From Bdellovibrionota bacterium (GTDB taxonomy: Bacteria > Bdellovibrionota_C > UBA2361 > JBGSMV01), in the NCBI GenBank assembly GCA_044356455.1, contig JBIKWF010000024.1, positions 1 through 46,164 of the forward strand: DNA of 46,164 nt. Direction: 5' to 3'. Of the stretch, positions 43,704 to 46,164 are shown piece by piece. Position 1 is the first letter of the stretch. Every line of letters starts with the position of its first letter. Both the position numbers and the translations under genes were made by a program. The notes under the pieces are model-generated. The model was not told the origin of the DNA, did no database searches, and saw only the letters and a program-made list of their open reading frames with translations.

Positions 43704-44219
43704 ATGGTGCGTGTGAAAGCTGAATTAACTGCCGAAATTGCTGGGATGATTTTCCTTGTTCGAGGTAGACGCGTCATGCTTGACTCCGATCTCGCGCGTC
43801 TTTACGGGGTAGGGACAAACCAAGTCAATCGTGCGGTGCTCCGGAATCCTGAAAGATTTCCCGAAGACTTCTATTTTCAATTGAGTTATCAAGAAGTTGC
43901 AAACTTGAAGTGCCAAATTGGCACTTCAAGTTCTTGGGGTGGCAGGCGGCGATCCTTGCCATTTGCGTTTACTGAACAGGGCGTAGCGATGCTTTCGAGC
44001 GTACTACGTAGCAGGGAAGCTGCGACCATCAATGTTCAAGTGATGCGAGCCTTTGTTTCAATGCGTGAAGCTCTGTCGACACACCTAGAGCTATCGGGGA
44101 AATTGGAACAGCTTGAGTATCGACTCGGCAAGCATGATGACGAAATTGCAGCGCTGTTTGAGGCAATCAAGCAACTCATGCTTCCCATAAGTCACAAAAA
44201 ACGCCGCATAGGCTTCTAA
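43704..44219 (+). CDS. ORF6N-domain (KilA-N-like) DNA-binding protein
   Basis: RGRRVMLDSDLARLYGV...RNPERFPEDFYFQL...FAFTEQGVAMLSSVLRS...RRIGF. Confidence 0.93.
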   Translation: MVRVKAELTAEIAGMIFLVRGRRVMLDSDLARLYGVGTNQVNRAVLRNPERFPEDFYFQLSYQEVANLKCQIGTSSSWGGRRRSLPFAFTEQGVAMLSSVLRSREAATINVQVMRAFVSMREALSTHLELSGKLEQLEYRLGKHDDEIAALFEAIKQLMLPISHKKRRIGF

Positions 44220-44384
44220 AGCAAATGATGGCTATCGACAAAAATGATCCGGGCGTACTCGCCTCGGCTCGCGTTCAATCATTCGGTACTAAACTCAAGA
44301 AGGTGCATCTCATTCAAAGAAATTACCTCTATCGCACGCCGCCCAGAATCTGCACAACTCAGTTGTTATATTCCGCGAATAGCC

Positions 44385-44927
44385 TCAGAATTTACTCAAT
44401 TGAATATATGCTTCCAGCGCTTTGTTTAGCGCGAATACGTGATGAAACACGAAATTGCGGTCCGACTGCTCAAAGGAGTCTGCGAATTTTGCCTGTCCCG
44501 CTACTTCGAACCCAATAAGTTCAGCGCCGCGACCGTGTAGCTTGCAGGTAGTTGTCGCGTCACCTACCGCAATTTCGCAGCTCCACGTCGACGACGCGGC
44601 ATTTTCAATCGTGAAGGTCAGAGGACGGTCAACTAACGCACCAAACGGAACTCCTGGCCCGTCCCGACGGGGCGCAAACTCACGTAGGTTAATTTCAAAC
44701 GATTGGGCATGCGGCGCAACGAACTGTTTCTCTAGAAACTTACGAATCTGGTTCAGGCGGTCAAACTCGTCGGCATGTGCATACAATAGAATCGCCGTCT
44801 TACCCCCTGCTAAAGGATCTCGTTTCATCTCGGGAAAAAAACGGCGAGAAGCGAGTTCCTGCACATCACGCGGATGAAATTCAGCTTTAGGATCCATAGC
44901 ATTGGTTATGGTCGAGCCAGATTCCAA
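44385..44927 (-). CDS. Hypothetical protein
   Basis: Longest ORF in the interval with globular-protein composition; no motif recognised. The start may be the ATG of MDPKAEF. Confidence 0.5.
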   Translation of the reverse strand: MESGSTITNAMDPKAEFHPRDVQELASRRFFPEMKRDPLAGGKTAILLYAHADEFDRLNQIRKFLEKQFVAPHAQSFEINLREFAPRRDGPGVPFGALVDRPLTFTIENAASSTWSCEIAVGDATTTCKLHGRGAELIGFEVAGQAKFADSFEQSDRNFVFHHVFALNKALEAYIQLSKF

Positions 44928-45035
44928 CGTAGCCTAGGGATACAGCAGCTAAGCCTTAAGGGGTTCTCCCAAGGGGGGTAGTACAACTCTTCAATTTCAC
45001 TCGCGGCTCAAGGGCTTTGTTATTTCTGCACTTTT

Positions 45036-45542
45036 CTAAAAATTCGTGACACCAACGATCGCCACCACGGCACTTAGCTTCTTCGCGGGCTCTATAAACC
45101 TAAACGACTCAGCGCCTTTGTTTGCATGTTGAAAACAATCACGGCGATACACGACAAAAACACCGCGAGCAGTACTTTCCGCGTGTATACGGAGATAATA
45201 AACTAGGTCTCTAAAGTCACCAACATCAGAAATTATTGGTTTTCCAGTCTGTGAATCCGCCTGAACATGGCATGCATGAATTACATCGCTCTCCTCCGCA
45301 TCAGGTCCACCTCGGTAGGTACCAGTAGCTCTGACAAGTTTCTCGAGATGTGGACGAACTGAGGAGTAAAGATATTGCACGTCGAACAAGCCCAGCTTTT
45401 GCAGCTGAAGGCGTAAATAATCCTGGGGTTCCAATGGCGGGCCTGATCCTGGGTCACCTATGTCTATTTCATGGGTACGAATCGCACCGATGGATTCCCC
45501 GTGAAGAGAGCCGGTGTCCTTTCGTTGATGTCTAATATGCAT
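45036..45542 (-). CDS. Hypothetical protein
   Basis: 168-aa ORF from ATG, co-oriented with its neighbour; no motif recognised. Confidence 0.55.
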   Translation of the reverse strand: MHIRHQRKDTGSLHGESIGAIRTHEIDIGDPGSGPPLEPQDYLRLQLQKLGLFDVQYLYSSVRPHLEKLVRATGTYRGGPDAEESDVIHACHVQADSQTGKPIISDVGDFRDLVYYLRIHAESTARGVFVVYRRDCFQHANKGAESFRFIEPAKKLSAVVAIVGVTNF

Positions 45543-45566
45543 AGGCGCACTGCAGATATAACGGCT

Positions 45567-46101
45567 ATGAGCACCGGTGCGACCGCAGGGAGCATCCGCT
45601 GGCTCAATTTGTTCTCTTCCGTATTTCTAACTTTGGTTTGGTTTCTAAGCAACTTTTCTGCCGATTTGTCGATTAGGGTTTCAAGGGTTAGGCCGCGGAG
45701 ACACGGAGACCGCGGAGGGGGGAGATAGAATCGAGATATTGCTCAGCTCCGTGGCTTAGCATAACTGCTAGTTATCCTGAACATTCGCAAACAAAATCCT
45801 GTCAACACCTAGAAAGTTACAAATTTGCCGGCGAACACTCCGCGGTCTCCGTGTCTCCGCGACCAAGGAGTGTGTCCCGTAGAAACATAAATCTTCATTT
45901 TGGACACAATCCGTGGGTGGGCTGTCCCGTTGCCACCACAACATGTAGTGGTCGGAACTTTCTACGGGACAGACTCCTACCCCTTGTAACCCCAATCAAC
46001 AAATCGGCAGAAGAGTTCCTAAGAAACCATGCCAAAGTTTGAGGTTCGGAAGAGAGCAAATTGAGCCTGCGGATGCTCCCTGCGTTTGCACTGCCGCTCA
46101 T
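45567..46101. repeat. Long imperfect inverted duplication (arms 45567-45717 and 45838-46101, right arm interrupted by a MITE)
   Basis: Hand alignment of 45567-45692 with the reverse complement of 45976-46101 gives about 20 mismatches in 126 nt and no gaps. The inner cgcggagacacggagaccgcggag pairs exactly with ctccgcggtctccgtgtctccgcg. Confidence 0.9.
45867..45977. mobile_element. Family B 111-bp MITE
   Basis: GGAGTGTGTCCCGTAGAAA...TTTCTACGGGACAGACTCC, a few substitutions from the 40365 copy. Right flank TA, left flank AA. Confidence 0.92.
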
Positions 46102-46164
46102 CGCCATTCTCTTCCTACTAGAATATTCGAGGAAACTCTGTAGATGGGGTTAAGAAGGGATTAG

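Noticed and set aside
533..45535. Numerous 60-210-aa ORFs overlapping or antisense to the called genes
   Set aside because: They are shadows of well-supported CDS in moderately GC-rich DNA and show no motifs.
5907..45977. CRISPR array interpretation of the palindromic repeats
   Set aside because: The repeats are dispersed or inverted, not regularly spaced direct repeats with unique spacers, and no cas genes are present.
45567..46101. Diversity-generating retroelement template/variable repeat pair
   Set aside because: About 11 of 20 mismatches fall at A of the left arm's minus strand, but that strand is A-rich and 9 mismatches are at other bases. Neither arm is the 3' end of a credible long gene, and no reverse transcriptase is in the window.

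Overview
Chromosomal window from a Gram-negative, probably deltaproteobacteria-like bacterium; the lineage is inferred from gene content and was not searched. About 40 credible CDS. Housekeeping and envelope genes: slipin/NfeD, coaBC, serS, recD2, gmk, yicC, an LPS heptose/Kdo core cluster and two GT-C-like membrane proteins. A TonB receptor sits divergent to a tonB/two-component operon, with tandem OmpR/PhoB-type boxes between them. The main find is a minus-strand operon (34989-43331) encoding an unusual type III secretion export module. It has injectisome-type SctR/S/T, a flagellar-type FliO, an inner-rod (SctI)-like protein and an apparent FliJ/SctO-FliK/SctP fusion. Its SctU/FlhB is split at the autocleavage position into two genes, with a 1162-aa GAF/PAS hybrid histidine kinase translationally coupled between the halves. 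Intergenic DNA holds three non-autonomous repeat families. One is a 111-bp MITE, a copy of which sits in the 5' end of sctT and supplies a replacement start codon. The others are IR-bounded elements carrying variable 9-bp-periodic hairpins, and GTAG-type REPs. A long inverted duplication lies at the right end. No rRNA, tRNA, CRISPR array, transposase or reverse transcriptase was recognised. All family calls come from motif recognition by eye, not database searches.
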